Virus record (IMG/VR): IMGVR_UViG_3300018080_000112
Location: 32,001 to 96,000 of that record
DNA: 64,000 bases
DNA from: a virus
Reading direction: 5' to 3' (one strand)
Below the pieces are notes generated by a model. It was not told where the DNA came from, ran no database searches, and saw nothing but the letters and a program-made list of their open reading frames with translations. A program made the position numbers and the translations under genes. Numbering within the stretch: the stretch's first letter is position 1; the number at the start of each line of letters is the position of its first letter. Below, piece by piece: positions 23,389-35,191 of this stretch.

Positions 23389-24570
23389 TCATCCATCTTG
23401 TGCCTCTTTATCTTCCGCAAAGAGGTCTTCCACAGGACAGTCAAACAAAGCAACGAGTGCCTTCTTATGTTTGTCCGCGACTTTACGAGATAATCCGCGT
23501 TCGATTATCGAAAGTTGTCTTGTGGAAATGCCTGTGTGAAAAGTAACTTCGTCCAAAGACATACCGGTTTCATTTCGAATCTTCCGCAGCATCGGGATAA
23601 TGATCTTCGGCAAGCCTTCCTTTCTCGGTATGGTCGGTTTATTCATTTTGTTCTCCTTCCTTGATTTCTTTTTTACAGATTTCTTTTTATGAGATTCTTC
23701 AATCCCGCTTCCTAATCCCCACCTTTGACGATTATCCGGCTCTTCCCACAAACCACCAGCCCCAGGATGAGCCAAAGAAGAAGATGCAACATCACAAGAG
23801 ACACACAAAAAGACCTCTTTGTTGCTGTTCCAAATCAAATGGTCGTCTTGCTCATCCTCCCCACAATACCAACATTTGAAAATTCGACCTCGCGGCTCTC
23901 CATCTTCCTTTGTCATCGGTCGCTTATATGTTTCAACCGCTGCGTCATTCATAATTGTCAAATCACTTACCTGGTCATCCAGCGAACAAAACAATGACTC
24001 GTCTGATACAAAGGGCTTTAAATATTTTGATCGTGATGGATGACGAATCTTGCGTAATGCTCTCGCTCCGACCTGATTGACTCTTCCAGCACCAACACCA
24101 AGAGACTCACCAATCTCTCGCTCCGTTTTTCCAGCAATAAAATAACTTCTTAGAATAAACGCCTCTTTCGGCGACAATGTATCCAATACTTTCTCGATTT
24201 GACTACGTAACTCCAATTTATCAAAAACCTGGTCTGGCGAACTCAACAAGCGCTCCTGGTGCCCCGTTAACATCGGAACTATCTCATCCTTGTTCAGCTT
24301 CGAGCGAATCACGTTCTTCTTTATATCCATCACAGCATCTGGAAATAGTTCCTTCAGAGATACGTGATAGAAATCAGCCAAAGCAACCGCTGCAACACGC
24401 CACACCCCGCGCTTAGTAACCGGAGAAACCTTCAAAAGTTCTAGTTCCGAATAAGACGCCACTGAAACACCCAGAAGACAAGACAACTCTGGTATTGTCA
24501 AACCTAACTTCGTCCGTCTCTCCTTCAGCAAATTACTCCGAATACGGATCTCAACTTCAAGCTCTTTCAT
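23389..24570 (-). CDS. Multidomain transcription regulator: XRE HTH + sigma70 region 4 + CxxC pair + XRE HTH
   Basis: 'LKERRTKLGLTIPELSCLLGVS'; 'VLDTLSPKEAFILRSYF..TEREIGESLGVGAGRVNQVGARALRKIRHPSRSKYLKPF' (RpoD region-4-like); CWYC/CVSC; 'LRKIRNETGMSLDEVTFHTGISTRQLSIIERG'. Confidence 0.8.
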   Translation of the reverse strand: MKELEVEIRIRSNLLKERRTKLGLTIPELSCLLGVSVASYSELELLKVSPVTKRGVWRVAAVALADFYHVSLKELFPDAVMDIKKNVIRSKLNKDEIVPMLTGHQERLLSSPDQVFDKLELRSQIEKVLDTLSPKEAFILRSYFIAGKTEREIGESLGVGAGRVNQVGARALRKIRHPSRSKYLKPFVSDESLFCSLDDQVSDLTIMNDAAVETYKRPMTKEDGEPRGRIFKCWYCGEDEQDDHLIWNSNKEVFLCVSCDVASSSLAHPGAGGLWEEPDNRQRWGLGSGIEESHKKKSVKKKSRKENKMNKPTIPRKEGLPKIIIPMLRKIRNETGMSLDEVTFHTGISTRQLSIIERGLSRKVADKHKKALVALFDCPVEDLFAEDKEAQDG

Positions 24571-25164
24571 GAGCTACCACCACCGGCTCATCCAACACGA
24601 CCTCATCACGAGCCAGAATGAACATGTGGACGGGAACGGACTCCTCAATACCGTCACGCATCATCGATGTGACGCCCAAAGACTGTTCTTTGTCAATTCG
24701 CCACCCCTGGTTAAACAGCGTTTCCAGTTCATCGGCTCGCTCTTTCGTCCCGTGCTCCCCTTGGTAACGACCCGCATAAAACATGAAAACCTTGTACTTC
24801 TTCTTTGTAATCTGTTCCATCTTCCCTTCACTCCTCTTGTTTCTCTTGTTGCTCTTGTTCCAAAACGTCCTCAAAGAACCTCGCATCTACCCGCGACACA
24901 AACGCCAATAGCGATTTGTGCATCTTGTAGCTCTCCAACAAATCATCCCACTTGCGCATCCAGTCCAAAATCCCCTCTTCCGTCACACAGCACATCTGTT
25001 GCCACAGCGCCAGCAAAGTGAACTCCTTGAAAAACTCCTTTGGTAAACCACCAAACTCATACTCCCGCTGAATCTCCGTCACCATCTGCAATACATACGT
25101 CCGCGCATACTTCCGCCGCAACATCAAACGCTGTGTCTCACTTATATCCATCGAACCGGCTCCT

Positions 25165-25363
25165 TCAAGGCTGTTGATCTCTCTACAGAAATACGCTCAA
25201 GGCTGTTGATGCGTCTGTCCAAAGTGGGCGCGGCGGTTGACATTAGACTCCTTTTTCTACCTGGCTGTTGACTCGTGGGAATACCGCTTCAAGACTATTG
25301 ATCCCTCGTCTCTGATTTTTCAAGGCTGTTGACAAGGACAAATCAATGACGCAAGGCTGTTGA
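25165..25363 (+). repeat. Phased TCAAGGCTGTTGA box array A (7 units)
   Basis: 13-bp boxes at 25165, 25197, 25228, 25259, 25289, 25320 and 25351, separated by 17-19-nt variable linkers. Confidence 0.9.
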
Positions 25364-25394
25364 TACCCTTGACGATCCCACGTGGATATTGCTC

Positions 25395-25850
25395 TTATAC
25401 CCTCGGATCTCTCCGCGCTACAGGAACCTCCAGTCCCTTCTCAATGTAATACGCCAGCACACCCTCCGCGACCTTACCCAACTCCTCTACAGCTTCCCCC
25501 GGTGTCTCTCCTGTTTGACTGCATGCGCTGTGACCGAAATCCGGTAGCCACGCCAACCAATAGCTGTCTTCACCGTCCTCCATCCACTGCAAAGAGACCG
25601 GATACAACCTCAAAATCTCATCACCCGTTAACTTCTCCCCGTTGTAAGGGTGCGTACTTTCCGGACATAGCGGCTTGTACTTACCAAAATTGTAACGGTC
25701 ATTGTAGTGCTGCATCGCCGCCGCCCACGAAAGCGCCTCAAAAGACTCTACATGCTTCCGATCCACACCAAAAGCTAAATCCTTCTGTGTGTGATTCTCC
25801 GGGACCAAACCAGCATCACCGTCCGCCGTCTCCCATATCTCAAATTTCAT
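25395..25850 (-). CDS. HicB-like domain protein with an N-terminal extension
   Basis: C-terminal half 'YPVSLQWMEDGEDSYWLAWLPDF..CSQTGETPGEAVEELGKVAEGVLAYYIEKGLEVPV' matches the HicB antitoxin fold pattern. No hicA seen adjacent. Confidence 0.7.
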   Translation of the reverse strand: MKFEIWETADGDAGLVPENHTQKDLAFGVDRKHVESFEALSWAAAMQHYNDRYNFGKYKPLCPESTHPYNGEKLTGDEILRLYPVSLQWMEDGEDSYWLAWLPDFGHSACSQTGETPGEAVEELGKVAEGVLAYYIEKGLEVPVARRDPRV

Positions 25851-25860
25851 CTCTCTTCTC

Positions 25861-26155
25861 CCCAGGCTGTTGACCTCGAAACCGTCTCTGGTTCAAGACT
25901 GTTGACTTTCTGAAACACTGAAACAAAGCTGTTGACCCTTGTGAGATATCTTTTCAAAGCTGTTGACCCTCCGAAACCTCATAGCCCAAGGTTGTTGACA
26001 TTTCGTCTCTTACGCAAACAAAGCTGTTGATATCCTCGATAACGGTTCTCAAGGCTGTTGATCTCTCCACAGAGATACGCGCAAGGCTGTTGACTATCTG
26101 CAGGTTGTCGCTCAAGGCTGTTGATTTCGCCAATGACGGAACTCAAGGCTGTTGA
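25861..26155 (+). repeat. Phased TCAAGGCTGTTGA box array B (10 units)
   Basis: Boxes at 25861, 25893, 25923, 25954, 25986, 26018, 26049, 26081, 26112 and 26143 (period 30-32). Confidence 0.9.
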
Positions 26156-26474
26156 CACAGACAGGAGCTTCACAGCTTCGATACATCCGTCACCACCACA
26201 TCATCTCCCTTCAGATCTGTCCGACAAACGACACGCGGTGACACACCTGCAAACTTCTCCCGATACTCCCGTATAACCGGCGAATCCAACTCCGGATAGA
26301 TCCCGTGAATGTTCCAGAACCCTACATTGTCCGACTCTTTGCGGAACTCTCCGTACAACCCGTAACTCATCTCGATCACCAGGTCACCCTCCGGCGATAC
26401 GTCAGCATCTAAGAACGCCTGCGCGATCACCTCGTGAACTCGATACTTCTCCTGGTTTGTCTGGCTCATCTGAC

Positions 26475-26993
26475 TCATCTGGCTTTTTTGAGAAAATTCC
26501 GATTGTCCGGAAGCGTCTCCATGATCTCCGTCACTTGCTTCAAAGACAACGGAAGATAGTTGTTGTTGTCCACTCCAACATCCCATTGTTTACCAACAGG
26601 AGGCAAACCGCCGTGACTGTGACCGTACAGTTGCCAACTGTTGTAATGAGAAAGACCCCAAACTCGCATCGCGTAATGACAAACCACAATGTGCTGACCC
26701 GAAAGCTTCTTCTCCCAGATCTCATGTGCTGTCTTGTCCAACCACTGGTCGTGACTACCGCGCAAAAAGATGTGCGTCCCGTTCAGAGCCTCCACATACC
26801 TTTGCGCATCTTCGCCCCGTCGTAACGTGAAATCACCAGCATGCACCACAATGTCATTGTCCGTGACCACGCTGTTGTGCAAACGAGCCAACTCCACATC
26901 CATCTCCTCCACCGTCGCAAACGGACGGTCACAGTACTTGATGATGTTCGTGTGTCCGTAGTGCTCGTCCGCTGTGAAAAAATATGTGCTCAT
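26475..26993 (-). CDS. Calcineurin-like metallophosphoesterase
   Basis: Motifs 'ADEHYGH', 'HAGDF', 'RGSHD', 'CHY' and 'YGHSH'. Confidence 0.9.
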   Translation of the reverse strand: MSTYFFTADEHYGHTNIIKYCDRPFATVEEMDVELARLHNSVVTDNDIVVHAGDFTLRRGEDAQRYVEALNGTHIFLRGSHDQWLDKTAHEIWEKKLSGQHIVVCHYAMRVWGLSHYNSWQLYGHSHGGLPPVGKQWDVGVDNNNYLPLSLKQVTEIMETLPDNRNFLKKAR

Positions 26994-27011
26994 CCCCGTA
27001 TCTACTCCGTT

Positions 27012-27270
27012 TCAAGACTGTTGACCTACCTAAAGAACTCAAAAAAGGCTGTTGACGATACATACTTACCTTTTCAAGACCGTTGACCCTGTTATTACGG
27101 GCAAAAAGGCTGTTGACCGTACCCGTCATGAAGCTCAAGGCTGTTGACACCTTCGCTGTTCCGCTCAAGGCTGTTGACAACGGTTTAGCCTTTTCTCAAG
27201 GCTGTTGACTATCAAGATGAGACAATCAAGGCTGTTGACTTGGACTCCCGACATCATTCAAGGTTGTTGA
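27012..27270 (+). repeat. Phased TCAAGGCTGTTGA box array C (9 units)
   Basis: Boxes at 27012, 27043, 27074, 27104, 27135, 27165, 27196, 27226 and 27258. Confidence 0.9.
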
Positions 27271-28719
27271 CTCAGGTGAAACTCCTAACGTCATCAATCT
27301 AACATCCGCTCTAACTCACGTACACGCTCTTGTAACGACGCTCGACCACGAGCCATCACTCCCATCAACTTCCAATACACGTCATGCAAATGATCCGGCA
27401 ATAACTCGCCTTCATCCAACTTACGACCGTCTACATGAAAACCTCCCGGCGATACACGCAACTTCTCCACCTCTGAACCATCATCCGCCAAGATCACAAA
27501 TATCAGGTCCTCGACAGCACCACATCCGTCCAAAAAATCACACATCGCTCGATACACCCGCTTGTCATGCGAACTGTGTACCTTTAAACCCCAAGTCTTA
27601 TCCTCCAACAAAACGTTGTCTGCACAGAAACCGTCCGTACCAACCTCCAACACCACGCGCTCTCCCACCTTCCGCACACGACCATCAGCACCCTCCTTCT
27701 CCACCGGTAATAGAAATCGGACACGATTGCTCTCGCCAACCCCGATCTTCACACCTCCAGACCCCACAACTACTCCCACCGCGTGACGCTCATCATCGAA
27801 ATCACTCCACTGTGCGCCAGCTTCCACTACAAAACCACCACTTCGATCCAACACCCCTGACCCCGCTTCGACCCCGCCTTCCTCACCGGACCCCACAGCG
27901 GAACTCGACCCCGACAACTCACGCGACTCCAACCACTCGTAATACCCCTCCACCAAACATCGAAACTCCACCGGCGTTACCAACAACGCCTCCTCCCTGT
28001 CCGATACAAAAATTCCCTCCTCCACAAATGACTCCGCAGATTGATCCGTCACATACGGTCGCGTGTCCCCTACCTCATCTCGATAATCCGACCAAACTCG
28101 ATCACCACTCACACGCATCACAAACGAATGACCCTTCCCACGTCCACCCCAAACCTGTCCTACCTCCACACGCTGTACCATCTCCCCTACGCTCCTTTCT
28201 ATTTCCCATCCCAAACGTTCACTTATAGAGACACAACTTTTTTCCAAATGTAACCACTACACCCATCATGAACCTATACACCAAGATTTTACCCCGCACA
28301 TATACACCCCCCTCTAACAACACAGACAAACACAGACCCACTTTCGCTGTCTCAATTTTTTCTCTGAAAAACTGACGCCAGAAATAATACATGACTTTTT
28401 TATCCAAATTTTTCTCAGAAAAATGTAGACCTGTTTCTTCACTGTAATTTTTCTCTGAAAAACTGAATTCCCACTAGGGGATACCTTACGATCTGCGTTT
28501 TGTAGTTTGGATAGGGGGGGGCATAAATCGCCGCCGAAAGTCGCCAAAAAGCGACCTAATCAGCGATCTGCGGCGCGTTCTCTGGTGCATGCGGCTGGCG
28601 GCTGGCGTCTCGTCCCTACATGCGTCCTTGCTATTCATTTACACGTTGTCGGCACATTCGCAAACGGCTCTGTATATACGTGTCTCTGGCAAAAGCCCCT
28701 AGCTGTTCAGATCAGCTTA

Positions 28720-28915
28720 TCAATATGAGCTTTATGATACGGCGCAGATGATCGGCGCAACTTGTCAATATGGGCTTTATGATATGACCGTTATGATACG
28801 ACGCTTTTGCAAAACGCTCTGTATGACAACTTGTCAATATGGCGTTTATGATACGGGCTTTATGATACGGCGCTTTTCATAGAGGGCTTTATGATATGGC
28901 GTTTATGATACGGTC
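28720..28915. repeat. Cluster of TTATGATAYG-like short repeats (left border of the island)
   Basis: About 7 TATGATA cores plus a repeated CAACTTGTCAATATG, in non-coding DNA. Confidence 0.75.
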
Positions 28916-28993
28916 GTTTTGGCGACACACAAAAAATGTTAGGACCTAACCCCAAGGCGCTTCCCCTGGCATGACTTTTGACGGCGGTGAAGT

Positions 28994-29111
28994 ACTGAAC
29001 AACTGACCGAAATTCCGAAGTACTGAACAGACCTTGGAAATCTGAGACTACTGAACAACTGACAGAAAAACGGACGGCGCGACTCCGGCGAAGAATCACT
29101 GAACAACTGAC
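28994..29111 (+). repeat. Iteron-like ACTGAACAACTGAC repeats
   Basis: Full copies at 28994, 29050 and 29098; partial ACTGAACA at 29022 (and at 29282, outside this span). Confidence 0.7.
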
Positions 29112-32100
29112 CGAAATTCGTCCGTCCAATTCCTACGCCGGACGTAGGTCAAAAAAAGCGCGAAGTCTTTTATCTCGTAGGGGGAGATTTTTTACCCGAA
29201 GTGACCTAAGTGATTGAAAATACTACGGCGAGATTTTGGCGAGATTCCGCGAGATTTGTAGGACGCGGAGCGGCTCTTGACACTGAACAGAACCGACTAG
29301 TTGCTTTGCGGCTTGCCTAGCAACGGACAACCGGCGGCGCACGGCATCTCGGCGCAGTCCAGATCATGCTCCGCCTGATACTCTTCGGGGTCCACATCAT
29401 CACCAAGGATTGGCGCGGCGTGATCCCGACAAGCACCTTCAGCCGATTCCTCTTGTGCAGCGCAGTGACGATCCCACGCCTCTACGTTATGATCGTAGCT
29501 CATTGGTCAACCTCCATTCTGGCTTGCGTTCTCCGCTTGCTCTTGGTCCTCTTGTTCCAGTTCCTTGGCAAGCTCAACACACTCCTCCAAGGGGTCCTCA
29601 ATGGCATAACACGCGGCGACAGGGTCATAACCGCAAGAGACCTCTCCGACCTTCTCCGCGATCCACTCTAGCTTTTCTCGTAGCTTTTTCGCCTTCATCA
29701 GTCAACCTCCAATCCATTCCGGCTTGAGTTCTTCGGGAATGAAGTCTTCCAGAAACACATCCCACGACCCGTCATCGTACTGACGTTCAAGGATGTAGCT
29801 GTTGGGTCCAAGGACCTTGAAACGAAGCGTCGTGTCCGCCGGAGGGTTCTCTGTGCCGAGATATCCCCACTCCTCCACGTGGTCATTCTCCCAATGATCC
29901 ATAAGCTCGCCAAGGGTGAAGGTCTGCGGCTCCTTCTCAAACGACTCAAGGTGCTCGCACTGTTCCTCGAACTCTCGATCCGCTTCGGGCTGATACAGCG
30001 CTTGGCGTTGCTTGCTATGCTCATCCAGTAGCTCGTTGGCGGTCTTGTGATGCTCGACAAGCATCTTCGCTTCGCCCGGTTTCAGTCCATCCCAGAAATT
30101 GCTCATTGTCCAATCCTCCAATCCGCAAAGGGTTACACTAGATCAAGGGCAAGCCTTTTTTCTGACTACTCTTCAAGCTCTTGCCACTGCAGCACACAAG
30201 GTCCGCCGCGCTCGAAAACAGGTCGCGGAATGGTCGCAAAGATCTTTTCCTGGAACATCATCTCGTCTACTTTGCGCGGACCAGGATCAAGGGTCAGTGA
30301 GTACATCCCGATCATAAAGACCTCGTTGGGGTAACGGGTCTCGAAGATCTGAACAGTCTCCGCCCCGCTTGTGACGTACCCAAACCGGCGGATATCCTCA
30401 AAGGCAATCGAGGGATAATAGCCACGCGGCTCTTTGGCGTAGTTCAGCTTGCCGGGGTCCGGGCTATCCAATAACAGCCTTGCACATTCCTTGAAGTACA
30501 ACCGCCGCTGGATCTGTTTCGCCGCTACGTACCCTTCATCTGTCAAGGTCCCGTGGGAGTCCAGCAAGCCACGGTTCTGAAGTGCTTGGACCTTTTGCTT
30601 GTGGAAGGACGGCTTGACCTTCCAGCCCTTCGAGCGGAGCACCAGCACCGCAAACAACTCTTGTCCCCTGTTCAGCTTTTTCATGTATCTGTTCCTTTCG
30701 CCGGGTTCGTGATATCCCGGTAGATCTCGAAAGCTTTCCGAACCACTTCGGATTGGTCGCCCGGTACGGCTCGCACAACGGTCTCAAACAGCGCATCACT
30801 GTCGTCTTCATCATCACACTCAAAGATATCTTGATCGTGCTCATAGGACCAGTGACGCCCCGTGTTGTGGTCATAGATGTTGATCGTATGACACTTGCCA
30901 GGGAGTTCCAGATCATAGACGTAATCCGTAACATCTGCAAAGGTCTCGAAACCATGAAGGACGGCGTCAGCCTTCAGAGCGCCGTTCACAAATTCGGTGT
31001 TGCCTGTGCTGAAAAGGTACAAAGTAAACCCTTGAAGCTTCGTCATTTTACCATCTCCCGTTGTCTGTTTGTCTGTCCTACTTAGCAAGACGTTAGCCGT
31101 TTCGAGATCTGACAAGGTTTCTGAAAAAGTTAGAAGCGAAGCACCTAAATAGTTAGAAGCGAAGCGCTGAAATAGTTAGGACCTACCCTTTTGGTCCGAT
31201 CTTCGCCAATCCTAACCAATCCTAGTCTTCCAGCAAGGGAAGCTTTTCGATGAATGCAACGGTCTCCGGAAGCGCTGTAAGCCACTTGCGCCGATAGTAG
31301 ACCTTCCAGCCCAAAGTGAGATCTTCAAGGGCACAGAAGGACGCTACAAAGGAACCGTACCAGCGAACATGTTCGGCGGTCTTGTGCTTCGGGTCCGCCT
31401 GATAAATAACCGGGTTGCCGGTACACTGCGACCGGACCTTCTTCAAGTTGTCCAATCCCGTAATCATATCGTGGGCGCGGGTCGCTTCGTGAATGAGTTC
31501 CGGAACAAATTGGGTCTTGCCTTGTTTCTGGTTCGCTTGCAATTTCATCGATCCCGCTCCTACTTCGTTAGGGTCCTGTTGGTAGAGACACACTTTCTAG
31601 CAAAGTGCATCCAGGTAGCTCAGAGAAAACTGTTGTCCGTCCACCACAATCTGATCAATATCAAACGGCGCATGGTACACAACACAGCCACGGCGGACCA
31701 GCTTAGCCAGATTACGAAGCTTCGTTGTGGGCTTGCGCTGGTAGTTCACACAAACGTTCGCCGTGAATCCCAATCCCGCCGCGTTCAACTCCTGAACCAA
31801 TTCCGCCTTCGAAGATGCCTTGCGTCGTTGCCTTGCCATTGTTCCAATCCTCCGCTTGTCTGGGGTCACCTTTCGGCTCCTCCGGGTCTATTGTTGTCTG
31901 TTTGTGTTTCCGTGTCTTGTCGTGGCTCTCTCAGCCATTGATTGCTTCCAGAATGCGAACCTTCAAAGAGAGGTCATACCAGATCTCGTAACCGAACCAG
32001 TAAGCTTTTCCGCAGTAGCTGAGATAGTGATCCTTGATGATCTCTTGAACTTCTTCGACCTTGTCCGCCGGGATCAAAAGCGCGGACTCTTTGATTGTTC

Positions 32101-32589
32101 TTGTATCGACCTGGTAGCCGCTCTTGTGGAAGGTCAAACCGTTTTTGAAAATGTCCGGGTGACACACCGTGGTCTGTTTCGCGCCACTGCGACCGACCTT
32201 CATCAAACCGTGGCAATACAAGAGAACATCGCCAGCCTTCAGCTTGCGCGTGATGTTGGTCGGACAACCGGCGTGCTTCCAAGAAAAGAACGTGGTGTCA
32301 AAACGAAGAGGTTCGCTACCGTAGCGCGGCGACAATCGCGGGGTCACTCCGAGCTTGACGCATGCGGTGTCAAAGAGACGCTTGTGAGTGTATCGAGCGA
32401 TCTCATAATCTTCGGTCGTTTCCAGCTTAGCTTTTTCCATCGATCCAATCCTCCATGAGGGAAAAGGGGTTGCACTTACATAAACAAGGTCAAGACTTTT
32501 TTCTGACTCTGCGCCGGTCAGAAGATCAGCGGAAAAGGGACGGAGAAGAGAGGGACGGGCTTTTTCTGACCCGTCCCCCCCGCCGGTCT

Positions 32590-34143
32590 CTACCAGCCGT
32601 TGCGAGCCTTGCGGACCACGATGGCGCTTTTGACGGCGCGAGTAAGAGCGGTGTAACTCCAGCGGTAAACTTGATCCGCTTCGTTCTCTGCGATGAAGTC
32701 AACCATGTCCGCGACAACAATGATTTCAGCGTACTGAGAACCTTGCGCGGCGTGGCAAGTGATGGCGTAACCACTGTCAAGGCTTGCCAGGTAGTGTTTG
32801 AGGTAAAGAGCGTGTGCGCCGTGTTTCCGTGCTTCCTGAGCGGTCCAGATAGCGACTAACCAGTTGGCGGCTTCTTCGTCCTTGCGAGCTTTCCAAGCGT
32901 CCTGTTTCTCGGCGACCTTGGCATAAATCTTTTCGCCGTGCTTGGCGATATCTTCCGCGATGAACTCTTCCATGTTCTTCTGGATGGAGTAGGGAACCAG
33001 ACCGCGATGTTTGGGCTGACAGTTACCATCCCAAGTTGCGCGGAGAACTGCGACCTCTCGTTCACGACCGTTGGCGACTCTCAAGACCCATCCGTCACCG
33101 AAGTTGGGACCGAAGTCAGCATGCTCAACTGATTTGACAGTGACCACATCGGAGTTGTTGAGACCGCCACCCTTGGCGCGACAGATGAGGCGCTCGCCTA
33201 CTTGCGGACCTTCGTTGCGGCGTGGCATGCCGAGAAAGTAGCGAGTTGCGTCATTCAATTCGGTGCGGGTTGCGTGGGTGCCTACGATTGCAGCGGCGTC
33301 ACCGTTGTTGGCGCGGAACATGTTCGCCAGAGTCTCGCCAGCTTGTCCACTGTCCATCCAGGGGCTACGAACACCGGCGCGGTCCAGAATCGCTTGACCC
33401 GCTTTGAAATCGGCTACGCGGCTGTAGGTGAAGGGGACCTTGCGGTTGCGAATGTTGGTTGCAGCGTTCAGGACCGGGGAAGCTTCCGCTTGGCGGTAGA
33501 CCTTGGAGAGAGTCACGGTTGCTTCGTGCAAGGGGAATCCGGCTTCTTCTTTGACCGGCGGAAGTTGGTGGGGGTCGCCGACCGCGATGATTTTTGTGGT
33601 CTCGGGAAGAGCGTTCCAGATATCGGCGGCGAACTCTTTGCCGACCATTGAAGCTTCGTCAATCACCAGGATGTTGCCGACCTTGGCGGTTCCAGGCTCG
33701 CGGCGATTGAAAGCAAGCTCATCACCGAATTCGGCGACCTTGACGACCTCGTTACCATCTTCGTCAAGCTCAACCTCTTCTTCGCGAATCTCTTCAGCAC
33801 CGGCGTAAACGATGGAGTGGGCGGTGACCACTTTCTTGTCTGCGAAGTCAGCGCCAAGGGCTTCTTGAAAACGACCCGCCGCCTTGTGGGTCGGTGCGGC
33901 GTTGGTGACGGTGTTGCGACAGTCGGTGAGAACCTGAAGGAGAAGCTTGAGAGTGGTGGTTTTGCCAGTGCCTGCAGCGCCGGGGAAGAGACAGAGACGC
34001 TCGCCAGCGGCGATTTGGCGGAGAGTGTGGGCGATGAGGTCACGTTGCTCGCGACCCGGCTCAAAATCAAGATTGTAGATGGAACAAAGAAGAGTTGTAC
34101 TTTCGAAAAGGTCGATTGCGGTTTGAAGGTCGGTCGGTCTCAT
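32590..34143 (-). CDS. Dda/RecD-like superfamily 1B DNA helicase
   Basis: Walker A GAAGTGKTT, 'APTHKAA', DEASM, 'GDPHQLPPV', 'YRQ', 'YAITCHAAQGSQY' and 'YTALTRA'. Confidence 0.92.
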   Translation of the reverse strand: MRPTDLQTAIDLFESTTLLCSIYNLDFEPGREQRDLIAHTLRQIAAGERLCLFPGAAGTGKTTTLKLLLQVLTDCRNTVTNAAPTHKAAGRFQEALGADFADKKVVTAHSIVYAGAEEIREEEVELDEDGNEVVKVAEFGDELAFNRREPGTAKVGNILVIDEASMVGKEFAADIWNALPETTKIIAVGDPHQLPPVKEEAGFPLHEATVTLSKVYRQAEASPVLNAATNIRNRKVPFTYSRVADFKAGQAILDRAGVRSPWMDSGQAGETLANMFRANNGDAAAIVGTHATRTELNDATRYFLGMPRRNEGPQVGERLICRAKGGGLNNSDVVTVKSVEHADFGPNFGDGWVLRVANGREREVAVLRATWDGNCQPKHRGLVPYSIQKNMEEFIAEDIAKHGEKIYAKVAEKQDAWKARKDEEAANWLVAIWTAQEARKHGAHALYLKHYLASLDSGYAITCHAAQGSQYAEIIVVADMVDFIAENEADQVYRWSYTALTRAVKSAIVVRKARNGW

Positions 34144-34617
34144 TGTCTGGCTCCTTGTTGCCGTTTGAGAAAAAATCAGTGCGCTTACAAAAACAAGGGC
34201 AAGACTTTTTTCTGACTCTGATCTTTTTCAGGATCACCAAAGAGGATCACCATGAAATAGGATCACGATCTGGGATTGGAGATCACCAAGGGGGATCAAG
34301 AGCGCCCAAGGGGGTCGGTACAAGCGACACCCTTTCTCTGGGGGTCCTTTTGTTGACCTATAGGTCACAGACAACGAGAAGGGGTCTGGCGAGCCTTTTA
34401 AGGCGTTTTGTGGTTTGCGAGACTTCTGGTATTCATCCCGGTCTCTTTGTGCGTTGTAGGGGTGTTTCTGTGATCCACTTTTGGCGGGTTCCTGGCTCTG
34501 ATCAGAAGGGTTAGGTCCTAACCTTGTTGTGTGGGATTGGAGCGGATTGGAGCGGAGTAGATCGGGTTGTGTGGGATTGATTAGGATCTGTTGGGATTGG
34601 AGCGGAGTGAATCGGAA

Positions 34618-35166
34618 CTATTCGGCGCGGTGCAAAAAGACGTGGACCTCATTCCCATCTTCGACAAAATCAACATCCCCATTGGTCTCGCGGTCGTCTG
34701 CATACTCTTCATAATCGAAGTACAGAGCCAGCTTGCGTTGTGCCTCTTTTGGAAGGGTGCTGAACTCCATCTCAAGAACTTCTTCCGCCCAATGACGCTT
34801 GGAGGGGTAGGTTCCAGCGTAGCGGTCAAGGTATGCTTCCGCTTCATCCAGGTAGTACACACCGCCGCCGTAGTTCAGCGCCGCCGATACTTTTTCAAGA
34901 CCGTGCTCTTGAATCATCTCAGCAAGGCGAACGGCGGAATCAAGACCCGAGTACTCACCTAGCCAGCCGCCGAAACCTTCATGATCGTGAATCGCGATTT
35001 CTTCGGCGAACTCCACCGGCGATCTTGCGAGCAAACCAGCGACCGCCTCTTGTGCAGAGTCAAGGTCATGTTCCGAGAGATCCAGCCAGCAACCATTGTG
35101 ACGACCGGCATTGTAAGCGGCGAGATCAGCAACGTAGATTTTCGGGGTGTCGGTGTTCATGTTCAT
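34618..35166 (-). CDS. ardA: Anti-restriction protein ArdA
   Basis: 'PKIYVADLAAYNAG..GCWLDL', 'EEIAIHDHEGF' and 'YFDYEEYADD'; strongly acidic. Confidence 0.9.
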   Translation of the reverse strand: MNMNTDTPKIYVADLAAYNAGRHNGCWLDLSEHDLDSAQEAVAGLLARSPVEFAEEIAIHDHEGFGGWLGEYSGLDSAVRLAEMIQEHGLEKVSAALNYGGGVYYLDEAEAYLDRYAGTYPSKRHWAEEVLEMEFSTLPKEAQRKLALYFDYEEYADDRETNGDVDFVEDGNEVHVFLHRAE

Positions 35167-35191
35167 TGTTCGGCTCCTTCAAGCGTATTTG

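Noticed and set aside
25979-27180. ORFs 25979..26173 and 26929..27180 (also 38795-39173 and 48255-48908) with STAL/INSLE/QQP repeats
   Set aside because: They are translations of the TCAAGGCTGTTGA arrays; the ~31-bp period is not a multiple of three.
25165-27270. Calling the 13-bp box arrays CRISPR or TIGR arrays
   Set aside because: The repeat is too short and degenerate, the linkers are ~18 nt, there is no dual-repeat 36-nt unit, and no Cas or Nop-domain gene was recognised nearby.
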